Below, piece after piece: positions 38,151 through 51,742 of a DNA stretch of 64,000 nucleotides. The DNA is from Leucoraja erinacea. Lineage: Eukaryota. The stretch is taken from NCBI RefSeq assembly GCF_028641065.1, contig NC_073396.1:10044001-10108000 (forward strand), in the 5' to 3' direction. The first letter of the stretch is position 1. Each line of letters begins with the position of its first letter. The notes beneath the pieces are model-generated. The model saw nothing but the letters and a program-made list of their open reading frames with translations. It ran no database searches and was not told the DNA's origin. Position numbers and translations under genes: made by a program.

Positions 38151-39889
38151 ACGGGCTGCTCGGTGGCACAACAGTAGAGTTGCTGACAACAGCTGACAGT
38201 TGTTTGCTTGTTTATTACAGTATCTGTTGAGTACTGTATTTACAAACCTGTTGTGCTGCTGCTGTTGCAAATAAGAATTTCATTGTTCTGCTCCGGTGCA
38301 CATAACACTAGAACACTCTTGATACTCAGCTTCGGGCGGCACGGTGGTGCAGTGGTAGAGTTGCTACCTTATAGCTCCAGAGACCCAGGTTCAATTCTGA
38401 CTACGGGTGCTTGTCTGTACGGTGTTTGTACATTCTCACTGTGACTGCGCGTGTTTTCTCTGAGTGCTCCGGTTTTGCACAACGGGTCTGCATTTAGTCT
38501 AGTTACATTATAAAAAACAACTGTTTTCCAAAGATGAGCAGAGATGACGTATGGCAAAGCTTTCTTATGCTCTGAACAATTATGATTTAGAATCCAAAGC
38601 CTGATAAAGTGGAGATATGAATTCTGTTGTTTCCTTCAAAAGGAAAGTGAATAGATACTTGAGAGAGAAAACCAATTTGGAGGAATATGTGGACAATGCA
38701 GATAGGTGGACTAATTCAATTGGTCTCGGAAAGAGATGCCTTTCCGCACATTACAGAAAGAACGTGAAAAGATTTTCTGAGTCCTGGTTGCCGTGTATTG
38801 TTGGGAGTTAAGTGAGAGAGTGGGTGGGGTAGGTGGGGGTATTTCATGCACCACCAATGTTCATCAACCAGAACTCAGATATAGTTTCCGCACATTTCTT
38901 CTATGCTGTGTATTATTTTCTGATTTATCTACTTAGTTCTCCTGAAACAACCTTCCACAAGTCAATGAAGTTTTGTTTTCATTTCCTTTTCTGATTTAGT
39001 GCTGTTATTTCTGATACACAGACTGAAAAAACAACATTAACTTACGCAGCATGCTGCATATTTTGTATGGATGTCATTTTCAAGGAAGTTACTCTGAATT
39101 CCCATAAAACAGCTGGACTTTAGGCAAGATACAGTGAAGCAAACTATTGATGAAGAAGGAACATTCTGCATGAATTACCACTTTGAAGGTGTAACTAATG
39201 TTATAGCCTCAATGTAGTTCTAACGTAGTTATCAAAGTGACTTCCTTGGATTAAAGGACTCAAAATGCTAGAGTAACTCGGCAGGTCGGGCAACATCTCT
39301 GGAGAACATGGATAGGCAATGTTTCAGGTCGAGACCCTTCTTCATACTCAGGATCCGACTTAGGGTCTCGACCCGAAAAGTCACCTATCCATGTTCTCCA
39401 GACATGCTGCCAGACCTGCCGAATAACTTTGTGTCCTTTTGTTTACTAACCAGCATCTGCAGTTCCTTGTTTCATCCTTGGATTAAATGTGCTAATTGGG
39501 ATAATGGCCATGGCAGGGCATTGAATCATTTGGAGGAGGTATAGAGATTTACTGGAATGAATGTGTAAGAAAAAACAGCAGGTGCTGGTTTAAATCGAAG
39601 GTAGACACAAAATGCTGGAGTAACTCAGCAAGTAAGGCAGCATCTCTGGAGCGAAGGAATGGGCGACGTTTTGGGTGGAGACCCTTGGTGTTGTCTCCTT
39701 CGCCCATTCCTGCTTTCCAGAGATGTTGTCTCACCTGCTGAGTTACTCCTGCATTTTGTGTTTACTGGAATGAAGATAGATTGTGAAATGTTTCAACAGT
39801 GAACATAAGTCTTAAATTCAAACTTGGAAACTGCTTGTGCGGAAGGGACCTTTGTGTCGCTGGATAAAGGGAAGGGAAGATGTGTGGTT

Positions 39890-40172
39890 CAGCTAGTTCA
39901 GAGATACAGTGCGGAAACAGGCCCTTCGGCCTACTGAGTCCGCGCTGACCAGCAATCCCCGCACACTTACACTATCCTACACACACTAGGGACAATTTAC
40001 AATTTTACCAAAACCGATTAAACTACCAACCTGTACGTCTTTGGAGTGTGGGAGGAAACTGGAGCACCCAGAGAAAACCCACACAGGTCACAGGGAGAAA
40101 GTACAAACTCCTTACATACAGCACCTGTAGTCAGCATCGAACACGGGTGTCTGGCTCTGTAAGGCAGCAACC
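39890..40172 (-). mobile_element. tRNA-derived V-core SINE inserted in a Penelope relic (~39790-40545)
   Basis: Near-consensus SINE; the flanks show PLE linker-like sequence. Confidence 0.8.
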
Positions 40173-40547
40173 CATTTCAGTTTAGTTTATTGACACGTGT
40201 TCCGAGGTATAGTGTAAAGCTTTTCTTACGTGCCAACCAGTTAGTGGAAAGACAATGCATGATTACTATTGAGCCATTCACAGTGTATAGATACACGATA
40301 AGGGAATAACGTTTAGTGCAAGGTAAAGGCAGCAAAGTTCGATCATCGATAGTCCAAAGGTCACCAATGAAGTAGATGGTAGTTCAGGACTCCATCATTG
40401 CTGCATTATCCCGCCCCTCAGTAGTTGCATGGGAAAGTGTCATTGGAAGGAGAAAAGTTGGTGGAGATGGAAGGGCAGATAAAAAAAAGTCACTCAGGGA
40501 ACAATTCCTTTGAAATTCCAAAAATGGACAAGGAAGGAGAAGCGCAT

Positions 40548-41434
40548 TAGGTAGGCTCAAAAATGTGTCCAGAAATCAATTTTCGTGACCCATGTCTCGG
40601 AACTACATGAAATTTTGCACAGATTTAGGTAAAATATAAATGATAAGGAAGTCATAACTCGTCAGTGCCAAAAGTTGCCCTTCTGGATCACCATGGTGTT
40701 GCCCTGCACACCGCCTGGGCCGCCTTCAGCACCCCCATAGTGCCAAGCTCTGTCAGTCTGCCCGCCCGCTCGCTCGCTGCAACACCGGCCTACCGACAGC
40801 CCGTCCGACCACTCGCAGCACCCATCAGCCATCTGACCATTCGCAGCATCCACCGGCTGACCGACCATTCTCACCACCCACCGGCGGCCCGGCCACTCTC
40901 ACCACCCACTGGCGGCCCGACAGCCCGACCAATCCTCCACTGCATCCATCGGCCTTCCGACAAGCCCGACCGACAGACCGACTGACTGCATGACCGCCTG
41001 ACCCTAACTCTAACCTTAATCCTAATCCTAACCCTAACCCTAGCTCTACATTTGTTATTTATCATTTTTATTTAACAGTTCACGTCATAACTTTATAAAG
41101 ATAAATCAATTGAAAAACAAAATTATCAACAAGGTGAGCATTACCTTTATTTCTTGGAAACCTTGTTATTGTTTTGTTGTGATTAGGAGGCAGCCATGAT
41201 CCCAGGATCCTCGCTGCCTAGCGACCATAAAACAAAGCGTGTGATTGGTCAATTTGCGTCCGACCTCAATGTCAAAAGTGCATTGATTGGACAATTACTA
41301 CTCGGAAAATTGGAAATTTTTCTCATATTTTAAAAAAATGTGCAGGTTTTGGTCTTGACGAGTTTCAGGTATGATTTATATAATATTTTTACACAATATG
41401 TTAAGCATTCAAGTAGTTCCGTGAGTTGGATCAC
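40548..41434. mobile_element. Non-autonomous DNA element with ~95-bp imperfect inverted repeats and an internal telomere-like tract
   Basis: 40585-40680 is an imperfect inverse of 41340-41434 (cggaactac..tgaa, aactcgtca..ccaaaa); degenerate (CCCTAA)n at 41002-41047. Confidence 0.55.
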
Positions 41435-42947
41435 TACTTACTGCAAATGGTGGCTTGGGAGCTTTGGTTTAGTTGAAAGGCACTACATACTGCAAATGGT
41501 GGCTTGGGAGCTTTGGCTTGAAGTTGAAAGGCACTACTTACTGCAAATGGTGGCTTGGGTGTTTTGCTTGAAGTTGAAAGGCACTTCTTACTGCAAATGG
41601 TAGCTTGGGTGTTTGGCTTGAAGTTGAAAGGCACTACTTACTGCAAATGGTGGCGGGTGCTTTGGCTTGAAGTTTTAAAAAATCACCATTCTCTCTGCTG
41701 CCCCTGCTGGAGGGAGGGACTATAAAACCAGGAAGTGGTGTGCCTCACCCAGTCTCTGGAAGATGGATGAAGCCAAGGGTCATGTCTCTCTGAGCTCTGA
41801 ATAACACTGCAAATGGTGGCATGAAGTTGAAAGGCACTACTTACTGCAAATGGTGGCTTGGGTGCTTGAAGTTGAAAGTCACTACTTTCTGCAAATGGGT
41901 GGCTTGGGTGCTTTGCTTGAAGTTGAAAGGCACTACTTACTGCAAATGGTGGCTTGGGTGCTTTGGCTTGAAGTTGAAAGTCACTACTTTCTGCAAATGG
42001 TGGCTTGGGTGCTTTGCTTGAAGTTGAAAGGCACTACTGCAAATGCACTTACTTCCTGTTTGCACTGTATATTGATTTATGTTAAAACGCTACCACTTAC
42101 GGGTGTGATTTTTGGCCATCTTACTCAGTCCCCCCTCCGCTGAGCAGGTGCAGAGAATTCTTCCCATCAATGAAAAACAAAAGCGTTATTAGTGTTTAAA
42201 AAATGTTGTTAATCTCATCTGTTAATCACGCCATGAAAGCCACATCTTTTCCGTTGGGAGGGGGAGGGGTTATAAAACCCGGAAGTGTGGGTGTGGCTCA
42301 GTCTCTGCATGATGGGGGAGGGAGAGGTCATGACTCTGTCTGAGCTGTGAATCAACTGAACACACTGAATGTCTACTGAACTGTGAGTTTGGTGTTTTGT
42401 GTGGTTTTATGGTGGTTTCACCCTGCATGAAATGGTATGAAGCTGCATTTGAATTTGGTGGCCTTGGACCCTGCTTGAAGTGGAATGAAACTGCACTTGA
42501 ATTTGGCGGCCTTGCATCCTGCTTGAAGTGGTATGAAACTGCACTGAATTTGGTGGCCTTGCACCCTGCTGAAAGTGGTATGAAACTGCACTTGAATTTG
42601 GTGGCCTTGGATCCAGCTTGAAGTGGTATGAAACTGCACTTGAATTCGGTGGCCTTGCACCCTGCTTGAAGTGGTAGGAACATGGATTTGAATTTGATGG
42701 CCTTGCACCCTGCTTGAAATGGAATTTCAAGGAATAGTCATGAGTCAACTGCCAGCCCACCAGCAGTGAGTGAGCTCCCAGCAGATCAGGCTTGAGGGAC
42801 TGAGCTGCCACCCAAGAACCCATACCAGCACTCCAGAAAGCCCCCCACTGGCCACCAATATTGGAATTGGTGGAGAGGTGGAATATTGCGTCGGGGGACC
42901 AGCCCTCCCGTGAGAACATGGGACCCAACGGGTCCCACTTAGTCTAG
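41432..42947 (+). mobile_element. Helitron-like non-autonomous element carrying minisatellites
   Basis: 3' end hairpin TGGGACCC-aac-GGGTCCCA (42919-42937), then CTAG (42944-42947) followed by T. ~50-bp arrays at 41432-41672 and 41806-42040; 48-bp array at 42421-42722. Confidence 0.7.
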
Positions 42948-43614
42948 TAATCTCATTAAAGGTATTGAAAATTGTGAAGAATTGAATTGACATCCATTGA
43001 ATGTGAAGGTTCATACTCTTCAGCCCTGCAGAGTCCTGCCCTTCCACTAATGTACTTGCTATTATTTTATACGCAAAATACTGTCAGTAACGTCTAGGGC
43101 CAAAATTGACTAAATATTTTAGTTGTTTCAAAATCGCTCCTATTTTCTTAAAATATAACAAGAAAAGCACTTTGTCTAAGGATCCATGGTCTTGGTATAA
43201 ATCTTGGTACAAGAGGCAAACATTCCAATAGATATTCACTTCTCGTTACATTTTAATTTATGAGATTATTCCAAAGGTGTTTTCAATTAACCAAATTTTC
43301 TGGGCGAAGCTGTGGGAGCCGATTTAAACAGTAGCATCTCCCTTTAGTTCATTGAACAAGGTGAATTATGGGAGACTCAACACTTCCATTTCCCCATCCC
43401 CCCTCTTCCCACCGATCATCCTAAAGGAGAGAAGCTTGTGACCCTGCAGTGATTAAAAGACCAGATTCTTTACTGGTGTAAATCAATTCCAAGAGATAAA
43501 AACACGTTTAAGTGCTTTTCAGGGGACAGAATTGAAGTTATGTTTGAAATATGTCCTCTGTTAATTAGATGTAACTAAGACCTTAACCTGCTCCCCTAAT
43601 TAATTTAAACGACA

Positions 43615-44040
43615 TAAGAACATAAGAACACAAGAAACAGGAAGCAGAGTAGACCATCCAGCACTTTGAGACTGCTCCACCATTTTTGGCTGGTCTTATA
43701 CCTCCATGCCAGTTTTTAGCACCATCGCCAATTCCCTTCCTTCCCTTAATCTCCTAAATCCATTGATGTGCTTTTGAATGAACACATTACTGACCCTTCG
43801 CAGACTGCAGGGGTGGTGGATTTCATAAGTTTATAAGTAATAGGAGCAGAATTCAATCATGGCCGATCTACCTTTCCCTCTCAATCCCATTCTCCTGCCT
43901 TCATACCCTGACACTTATACTAATCAAGAATCTATCTATCTCTGCCTTTGGAATATCCATTGACTTGGCCTCCATAGCCATCTGTGGCAACGAATTCTAC
44001 AAATTCACCACCCTCTGACTAAAGAAATTCCTCATCTCCA
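43615..44040 (-). mobile_element. CR1 3' tail fragments (two nested copies)
   Basis: cataagaacataaga and taggagcagaatt..catggccgatcta tails. Confidence 0.65.
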
Positions 44041-47000
44041 GTTCCTTCTTACACATTAGGTGAGACCAGGTTCGTCCAAAAGTGTTGGAGGAGCTCAGAA
44101 GGTCAGGCAACATCTGAGGAGAGAAATGGGCAGGTGATGTTTCAGGCATGTTTAGAAGTACACGAGGAATAGCTAGGGACTAACATGGGATAAACCAGAA
44201 TACAATCAAGGGTCTGATAAGCTCATTGTAGATGTGGCAAACATGACCAGGCACTGAGGTACTTGAGGGGGATACAGGCTTTTTCGGCAGACAGACTATT
44301 GATACAGTATATGTATTTCCATCAATTTAATTACTCTCTGTGGCTAGAGTGAGCAAGGAACAGATGATGTCTAGACTTCGATATGAGATTGTGATTGGTA
44401 TCAAAACCACACAGCCACTGATGCCTGTGGAAGGACCTCCAGCAATTACTGCGGATAGATTTTAAAACTGCAACAACAAAGAATTATTCAGGCCTCCATT
44501 GCTCCAGTCATCATACTGAGAATCAAGAACTTGTATAATGAAGCAGGTTTGATAACTTCCTATTAATTTTAAAGACCAGCAAATCGGACGATTGAAGATT
44601 AATTCCCCAGCTGCCACTTTCAGTCAATCAAAGCCATGGTGACAAATCTATGTCCTGTTCACCCACAGTAAGATAAGCTCCTTGGGGGTGTATTTTTTTT
44701 TTTAAAGGTAAAGTCGTTTAAAATATTATTATTAAAAGCATATTTTAATAAATCACAGATCATCCTGACAAATTAAAAGGTTTCTACTTTTACAGTTTTA
44801 TGAATTTGTTTTGGAATGCCTTCTGCAATGATATACTGTGATTTGGATTGCAAATAAGCTGAAATAATCAGCATTCTGCTCAGTCCACAGTGTTTGAAGT
44901 TGGCAGTGATGGTGCATTGGGTTAGTTTCTGGTTTTCATCTCTGCTGTTTGAGTTTGCATCCAGCTGTGATGCTTATGATAGACATTTTATAGAACATCA
45001 TCTGACCCAAATTCGATAAACTATTTGTTTGCTCAATTGCATTAACCACACAATTCAATATTCAGCCAGCTGGACTAAGTCGCATCACAATCCAGCCGCC
45101 TTTGTTCGCTGAAGTCAATATCTTTTCTGTTTTCAATGAGAACGATATTTTCGTGTACTTTTGATATTTTTGTTTTTTTGGAAAACACCATTTGTCAGAA
45201 TGAAATCATTTTACACAGATGCCACAGATGCTAATACACACAATTTATATGCAGGACAAGTATACGGGATTGCAATGAATTTGTCATTCTGATATTAACA
45301 TGACCTTCATTTAAACCTCATTAGAAATTCTGCAAACGGCAATTATTTGGATTTAACAAAAGTGCAAGTTCGCAATACAGTTATAATTTTAAGATGTATT
45401 TCAAATGAAACGTTGGTTTTGATAAGCTTATACTTCTTTTGCCATTCTGTTCCGAGACTGTGTGATTCTGTGAATGCTGCGAAATTGGATTACGTGCTGC
45501 CACATTTATGTGAGCTCTGTGATCTAATTTCAATGAAGCACCAAAAGTAATCAAAAACCAGGGAATGTGCAGGTTGTGTAACATATGCGATTTTGATGCC
45601 GGGTGCTCTATGCGTATGATGCGTAAACATTATGGATTCTAGATAGTGGCAATCTGTTTCGCATTGCCACCTCTAAGGGGCTTGGTTGTGAACAGCCCGG
45701 CACTACTCATATAATGTAGGCTTTCACAGTGACTTAAAAGGGAATTGCCTCAGAAGATTCCAAGTAACCCAACTTAGGTGAGACCATTTTAGGTATCTTC
45801 AATCAACCCAAAAGAGGCAGTCCAATAAATATTCACAAGATTAATGGCCAGGCCAACCAAGGAGGCACAGTATTGCCTCTCCTTTCTTACGGGAACTGAT
45901 GAAATTTGGCATACTGGAGGCTGGCTGGACTATGGTACCTTCCTTAACTTTGGTGCCCTGTGGGGTTATGTTGTGCCGTGGACTTCTGTGTTTGTGCTTT
46001 TTTTAAATATTTATTTATTTATTATTTATTTTTATGTTACATGACTGTAAGGAAAACGCATTTCGTTGTCTCTTATGAGATAATGACAATAAATTGAATA
46101 CAATACGATACAATACAATACAAAGACTGAATGTGCAAGGACCTGGTGTACAAGGGCAGAGCATGCAATTATTGGGCATGCGAGGACTGCATACACAGGA
46201 TGGAGTGTGCAAGAGTGTGTAAGGGCCTGTTGTGCAAGGGCAGTGTGTAAGGGCTTGATGCACGTGTATTTGGTGTATGAGCGCCAGGCATATAAGGGCC
46301 AGGGGTGCAAAGGCAGAACGTACACGGACTGAACGTGCAAGGACAGAGTGAGCAGGGACTGTTCAGAGAGGGACGCCTATGGGATTACTGCAGCACAGAG
46401 TAAATGAGCAGTAGTTCGTGAACAACATATTCACTGGCTTGCTGGAAACAATCTAATGTGCTTTGTAGTCACAACCAAATTCTCGGAATACATCTCAAAA
46501 AAGGTATGATTATCTGTATAACACCTTAACGCAAATATGGTTTTACTATGAAACGCCAACTTGACTGCGTTCATGGCTGGTTTGCCTGTGAGTCTCTGAT
46601 TTCAGAGCTCGATTTAGTGGCTGAGCAGAAACTTACACTAAAATTGCAATTGTAATCCAGTGGTAATGCCCTTCAATAGAACATAAAGCCCAATCTTCCT
46701 GGTGACTCGAATATTTCCACTACTAATGCCATTGAAATTGCCATTGAAAGACTGATCATAATCATAATCGTGATTTATTGGCCAAATAATATGTTTTGCA
46801 ACATAGGAGGAATTTGGTTTGCCATACAGTCATATTAGATACAGATTAGCTCACCGTTAACCTCTGTGTCATTCATTGAACGAGCTGTATGAGGGAAGCC
46901 AGCAACAGTAGCAAACGCAACAGTCACGGCTTTTCAAAGGATTTGCCTCTATAGAACTGTTTCAAAATGTATCAAAGAAGCAAATGGAGACATAAATCCA

Positions 47001-48092
47001 GTTTTATTTATCAGTCAATAAGTGTAAGGATTTGTTGGTGATTCCTCAACCCTGGGGTCCCACATTGAGCTGAATATTATGGGTAGACTGCTCAGATGGT
47101 GATTGTCCACCTTCTATGTGTGTGTTAAAATGGGTCTCAGAAGGATTGCAAACTATTCTCTTCTTCTTTCAGGCCAAATGCTATTGAAAAAAACCCAATC
47201 AATTGAAAGTTTCTGAGACAAAATTTGCAACAGCCAGTTTTGGTATTGAAATAATTATTGACCCAGTGGCCAATATTCCTCCAGTTACGCGATTCTTCCA
47301 TGCTTTATAGATTTTCTCAAAACGACACCTAAATATCCACTCTGTTCATTTCGATTGTCAGAGTGCAACCATCATTCATTCAGTCTAACAACACCATGAT
47401 TCACAAATCTGTTGGTGATATCATTATTCTTCCAGCTAATTTGATTCAGTGACTCAAGTACACAACATCTGAATTACTGTCAATAAAACCTGTGATTGCA
47501 TATTTCTCCTACATTAGAATCTCGGCCCCACGGCTAAATGATAGTGAACGATTGAGCCTGGTAGATAACCCCGAGTAAACAAATCTATTCCAACTCTGCA
47601 TGGTTTCACATTTCAATGCATGAACAGCAGCAATAAAGCAACCTTTGATGCGCGCCCCTGTTTCTGAGCACAGTAAGACAACATTAGACTGTGTGATAAA
47701 ACAACATGAAATGCTGGAGTAACTCAGCAGGTCAGGCAGCATCTCTGGAGAACTTGTTTTGGTGATGTGTTTTGGGAGATGTTTTGGGTTGGGATCTTTC
47801 TTCAGACTGTGATGATGTTTTGGGGCAGAATCCTTCCTCAGTCCCGACCTGAAACGTCACTTATCCATGTTCCCCAGGGATGCTGGCTGATCCACAGCTT
47901 TACTGTAGCACTTCATGTCCTTTTGTGTAAACCAGCATCTGTATTTCTACGTTTCTACATGTGGACTGTGTGACAGAGAAAAATATTCATTTTGTTTCTT
48001 TTTAATGGATCCAGGAGGTGTGAATCTATGGAATTTCCAGAGTAGAAACGAAAATGCAGAGGTAAGATTTTCCAGACATATAGCTGAACAAA

Positions 48093-48400
48093 AGTGGCAC
48101 AGCTGATAGAGTTGCTGCCTCACAGAGCCAGAAACCTGCTTTTAATCCTGACCTTGGGTGTTATCTGGTGGAGTTTGCACTTTCTCCTGGTGAACGCAAT
48201 GATTTCCTCCATGTGCTCCACTTTTCTCCCACATTCCAAAGACGTGAGGGTTTGAAGGTTAATTGGCCTCTGTAAATTTGCCCTGAGTGTGTAGGGAGTG
48301 GATGCGAATGTGGGATAACATAGAACTAGTGTAATTGGGTGATCAATGGTTGGAGCAGACTCGGTGGACCAAACAGCCTGTTTCCACGCTGTATCTTTCA
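48093..48400 (+). mobile_element. tRNA-derived V-core SINE
   Basis: Family head, core and tail. Confidence 0.75.
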
Positions 48401-49127
48401 ATCAATCACTTCAATCATATGCAAGCTGTCTTAACGTCAACGAATTAAAAAAAAAAATCTTTCCTGATTCAAAGCGGCAACAATCAGGAACTTTAATTCA
48501 TGGGGATCTGTCATCAGGAGGAAAAAAATGATATTTTCAGTTAGAAAGGGCACCACTTAATGTGAGGCAAGGACTATGCCTTGGAGAATTGGATGATAGA
48601 ATTGTAGGTTAAATTTAAAAAAATGAAGGTTCATATAAGGATAGCCATTAATTCCAATCAAAACCATTGACTAAAATAGCGAATGAATGTTAAAAATCTA
48701 CAGATGCTTGAAAACTGAACGAAAAATAAAATATGACTCTCGTAAGTCAGGCAGCAACTGGGAATGCAAACAGTGCTTTCATTACAGGTCAAAGACCATT
48801 GTCATAAAGTAACAAGTTAGTTCATGGTAAACAGTGTGTGAAATGGAAAGGATTTTCAGTTTAAAAGTGATGGAGCACCTGTACTCAACACGAGATTAGG
48901 GAAAGTAACATAATGTTAAATTTAATGGTACTTTAAATTTTCGACATGGATGAAGAATTTATAATAAGGTTGGCAATTTAGTGATACAAATGGGAATAAA
49001 TGAGTTTGATCGACAAGATGTTACAGGGACACAGTTGCATAGTGACATTGGTCGGAAAAATATATTCTTGGAGACTTGCTATTTAGGAAGAACAAACACA
49101 ATTTTAAAGAAAATGAATAAGAGGAGT

Positions 49128-49870
49128 AGTCAAGTCAAGTCAAGTTTATTTGTCACATACACATACGAGATGTGCAGTGAAATGAAAGTGGCAATGCTCG
49201 CGGACTTTTGTGCAAAAGACAAACAACAAAACAACCAAACAAATTATAAACACAATCATAACACACATATTCTTTTACATAATAAATAATAGAAGGAAAA
49301 ACGTTCTGTAGAGTTAGTCCCTGGTGAGATAGGCGTTTACAGTCCGAATTGCCTCTGGGAAGAAACTCCTTCTCAACCTCTCCGTTCTCACTGCATGGCA
49401 ACGGAGGCGTTTGCCTGACCGTAGCGGCTGGAACAGTCCGTTGCAGGGGTGGAAGAGGTCTCCCATGATTTTGTTTGCTCTGGAGTTGCACCTCCTGTTG
49501 TATAGTTCCTGCAGGGGGGTGAGTGAAGTTCCCATAGTGCGTTCGGCTGAACGCACTACTCTCTGCAGAGCCTTCTTGTCCTTGGCAGAGCAATTCCCAA
49601 ACCAGATGGTAATGTTCCCGGACAAGATGCTTTCCACCGCCGTTGCGTAGAAGCACTGTAGGATCCTCGGAGACACTCTGAATTTCCTCAATTGCCTGAG
49701 GTGGTAAAGGCGCTGCCTTGCCTTACTCACCAGTGCTGAGGCGTGTGATGACCATGTCATATACTCAGAGATGTGGACTCCCAGATATTTAAAACAGTTC
49801 ACCCTACCCACAGGATCCCCATTTATACTCAATGGAGTGTACGTCCTCGGATGATGTGCCCTCCTAAAGT
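49128..49870 (-). mobile_element. Young 5'-truncated Rex1/Babar LINE with an open RT C-terminus
   Basis: Uninterrupted DFRRAHHPRTYTPLSINGDPV...FKYLGVHISEYMTWS...SGKRLRC...RSFFPEAIRTVN* frame, 3'UTR and (cttga)n tail. Confidence 0.9.
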
Positions 49871-50133
49871 CGAGGAGATGCGCTGTGATGGATGTTTGTG
49901 TAAATTGTGTTGTGTCTTGGTTCTTTCTTGTGTGTATGACTGCAGAAACAACATTTCGTTTGAACCTCAATGGGGTTCAAATGGCAAATAAATTGTATTG
50001 TATTGTTGTATTGTATACAGATCAAACTTCAAACTGGTAAGTTCTTGTTTAATCTTACTATTATGTGGGAATAAGTGAAAAACAATATAGGTTTGGAAGA
50101 TAAGGCAGATAAATCATGATTTAGTTTTGTTTT

Positions 50134-50438
50134 TTTAGTTTAGAGATACAGCGAGGAAACGAGCCCTTCAGCCCATCGAGTCCACACCAACCAGCAATCC
50201 CTGCACATTAACACTACCTTACATACACTAGGGAAAATTTACATTTATGCCAAGCCAAATAACCTACAAACCTTCTCGTATTTGGAGTATGGGAGGAAAC
50301 CGAAGACCTCGGAGAAAACCCACGCAGGTCACGGGGAGAACGTGCAAACTACATACAGGCAAGCACTCGTAGTCAGGATCGAACCTGGGTTTCTGGCTGT
50401 TTAAGGCGGTAGCACTACTGCTACGCCACCATGCTGCC
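50134..50438 (-). mobile_element. tRNA-derived V-core SINE
   Basis: Family head, core and tail. Confidence 0.85.
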
Positions 50439-51149
50439 TGATGGGTGATTATAAAATTAAACATGTGCAAAACACTGGAATATCCTTGTGCTGTGAAATA
50501 TCCTTCTGGTTACTGCTGTAGCAAACGTAGTCTTGGCACTACCTATTTTCTCAGGTAGTATCACTCCAGTCCTGTTTTGCCAGTGCCTTCTTTTATTTTC
50601 ATATCTTTCTTATCCTTTTTCGTGGCTCCTTGCAGTATTGCTTTTGGGAGGTTGTTGCACTTCACTGACCATTGCGTGTTTTTATTCTGTTGAGGCCAAG
50701 AAAGGCTTTGGATTCCTGGCTCTTGAGTTCATAGTCCATTGCATGTCTTCCCTGGCCTTCTATTTCAAGACAGGAGAATCTCAGAATCATGTAAGAACAG
50801 TTCAAAAGTCTTCGGAGGCTTCAATCCCAGCTTTGAGACTGGATGTTTCACTGTTACACTTAACGGTCAATATAACAAATGGGCCTCAACCTGTAACATC
50901 ACCTACCCCTTTTCTCCAGAGATGCTGCCTGACCCACTGAGTTCCTCCAGCTTTTTGTGTCTATCTTATGAGTTTTTGACAGTCCGATTGTAATGGTAAT
51001 ACTCATATCCTTGCACTTCTAAATTCTTATTATTTTGGGCCAGCTCCCATTGTGATGTGAGTCTTTCCTTCAATGGTAGATGTTTTGTCTGAGAAGATAA
51101 TGAAGACCAGGTATTTGAAGCTGTTCATTTCTTTAAGCTTCCACCAGTC

Positions 51150-51742
51150 AGAGTATTGAGAATAGAGGTCATGTTACTGTTATATAAGACATTGGTGAGG
51201 TCATATTTAGAGTATTGTGTTCAGCTTTGGGCACCATGCTATAAAAAGATGCTGTCAGGTTGGAAAGGGTGCAGAGAAGATTTATAAGGATGTTGCCAGG
51301 ACTCGAGGGGTTGATTTATAAGGAGAAGTTGAGCAGACTAGGACTCTCGGAGCACAGGAGGAAGGGAAGGGTGATCTTAAAGAGGTGTACTGTTAAAGAG
51401 GTGTATAGCATCATAAGAGGAACAGATCGGGTAAATACATAGGGTTTCTTGCCCAGAGTAGGGGAGTCAAGAACCAGAGGACATAGGTTTAAGGTGAGGG
51501 GGGAAAGATTTAATAGGAACCTGAGTGGTAACTTTTTTTATACAAAGGGTGGTGGGTGTATGGAACGATTGGCCGGAGGTGTAGTGAGGCAGGTACTATT
51601 GCAACATTTAAGAAACATTTAAACAGGCCTATGGATAGGACAGGTTTAGAGGGATTTGAGCCAAACATAGGCAGGTGGGACTAGTGTAGATGGGACATGT
51701 TAGGCCGAAAGGCCTGTTTACATGCACTATGATGACTCTATG
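51150..51742 (+). mobile_element. CR1 LINE 3' fragment
   Basis: LERVQRRFIRMLPGLEGL.YKEKLSRLGL peptide and SRTRGHRFKV coding sequence. Confidence 0.85.

Noticed and set aside
41432-42722. Regular ~50-bp repeats as a possible CRISPR array or repeat protein
   Set aside because: The units are tandem with no unique spacers, there are no cas genes, the context is vertebrate, and frames shift between units. It is a minisatellite.
50533-50940. 135-aa hydrophobic ORF
   Set aside because: It is antisense to A-rich, decayed LINE-like sequence and ends in a Penelope-derived repeat.
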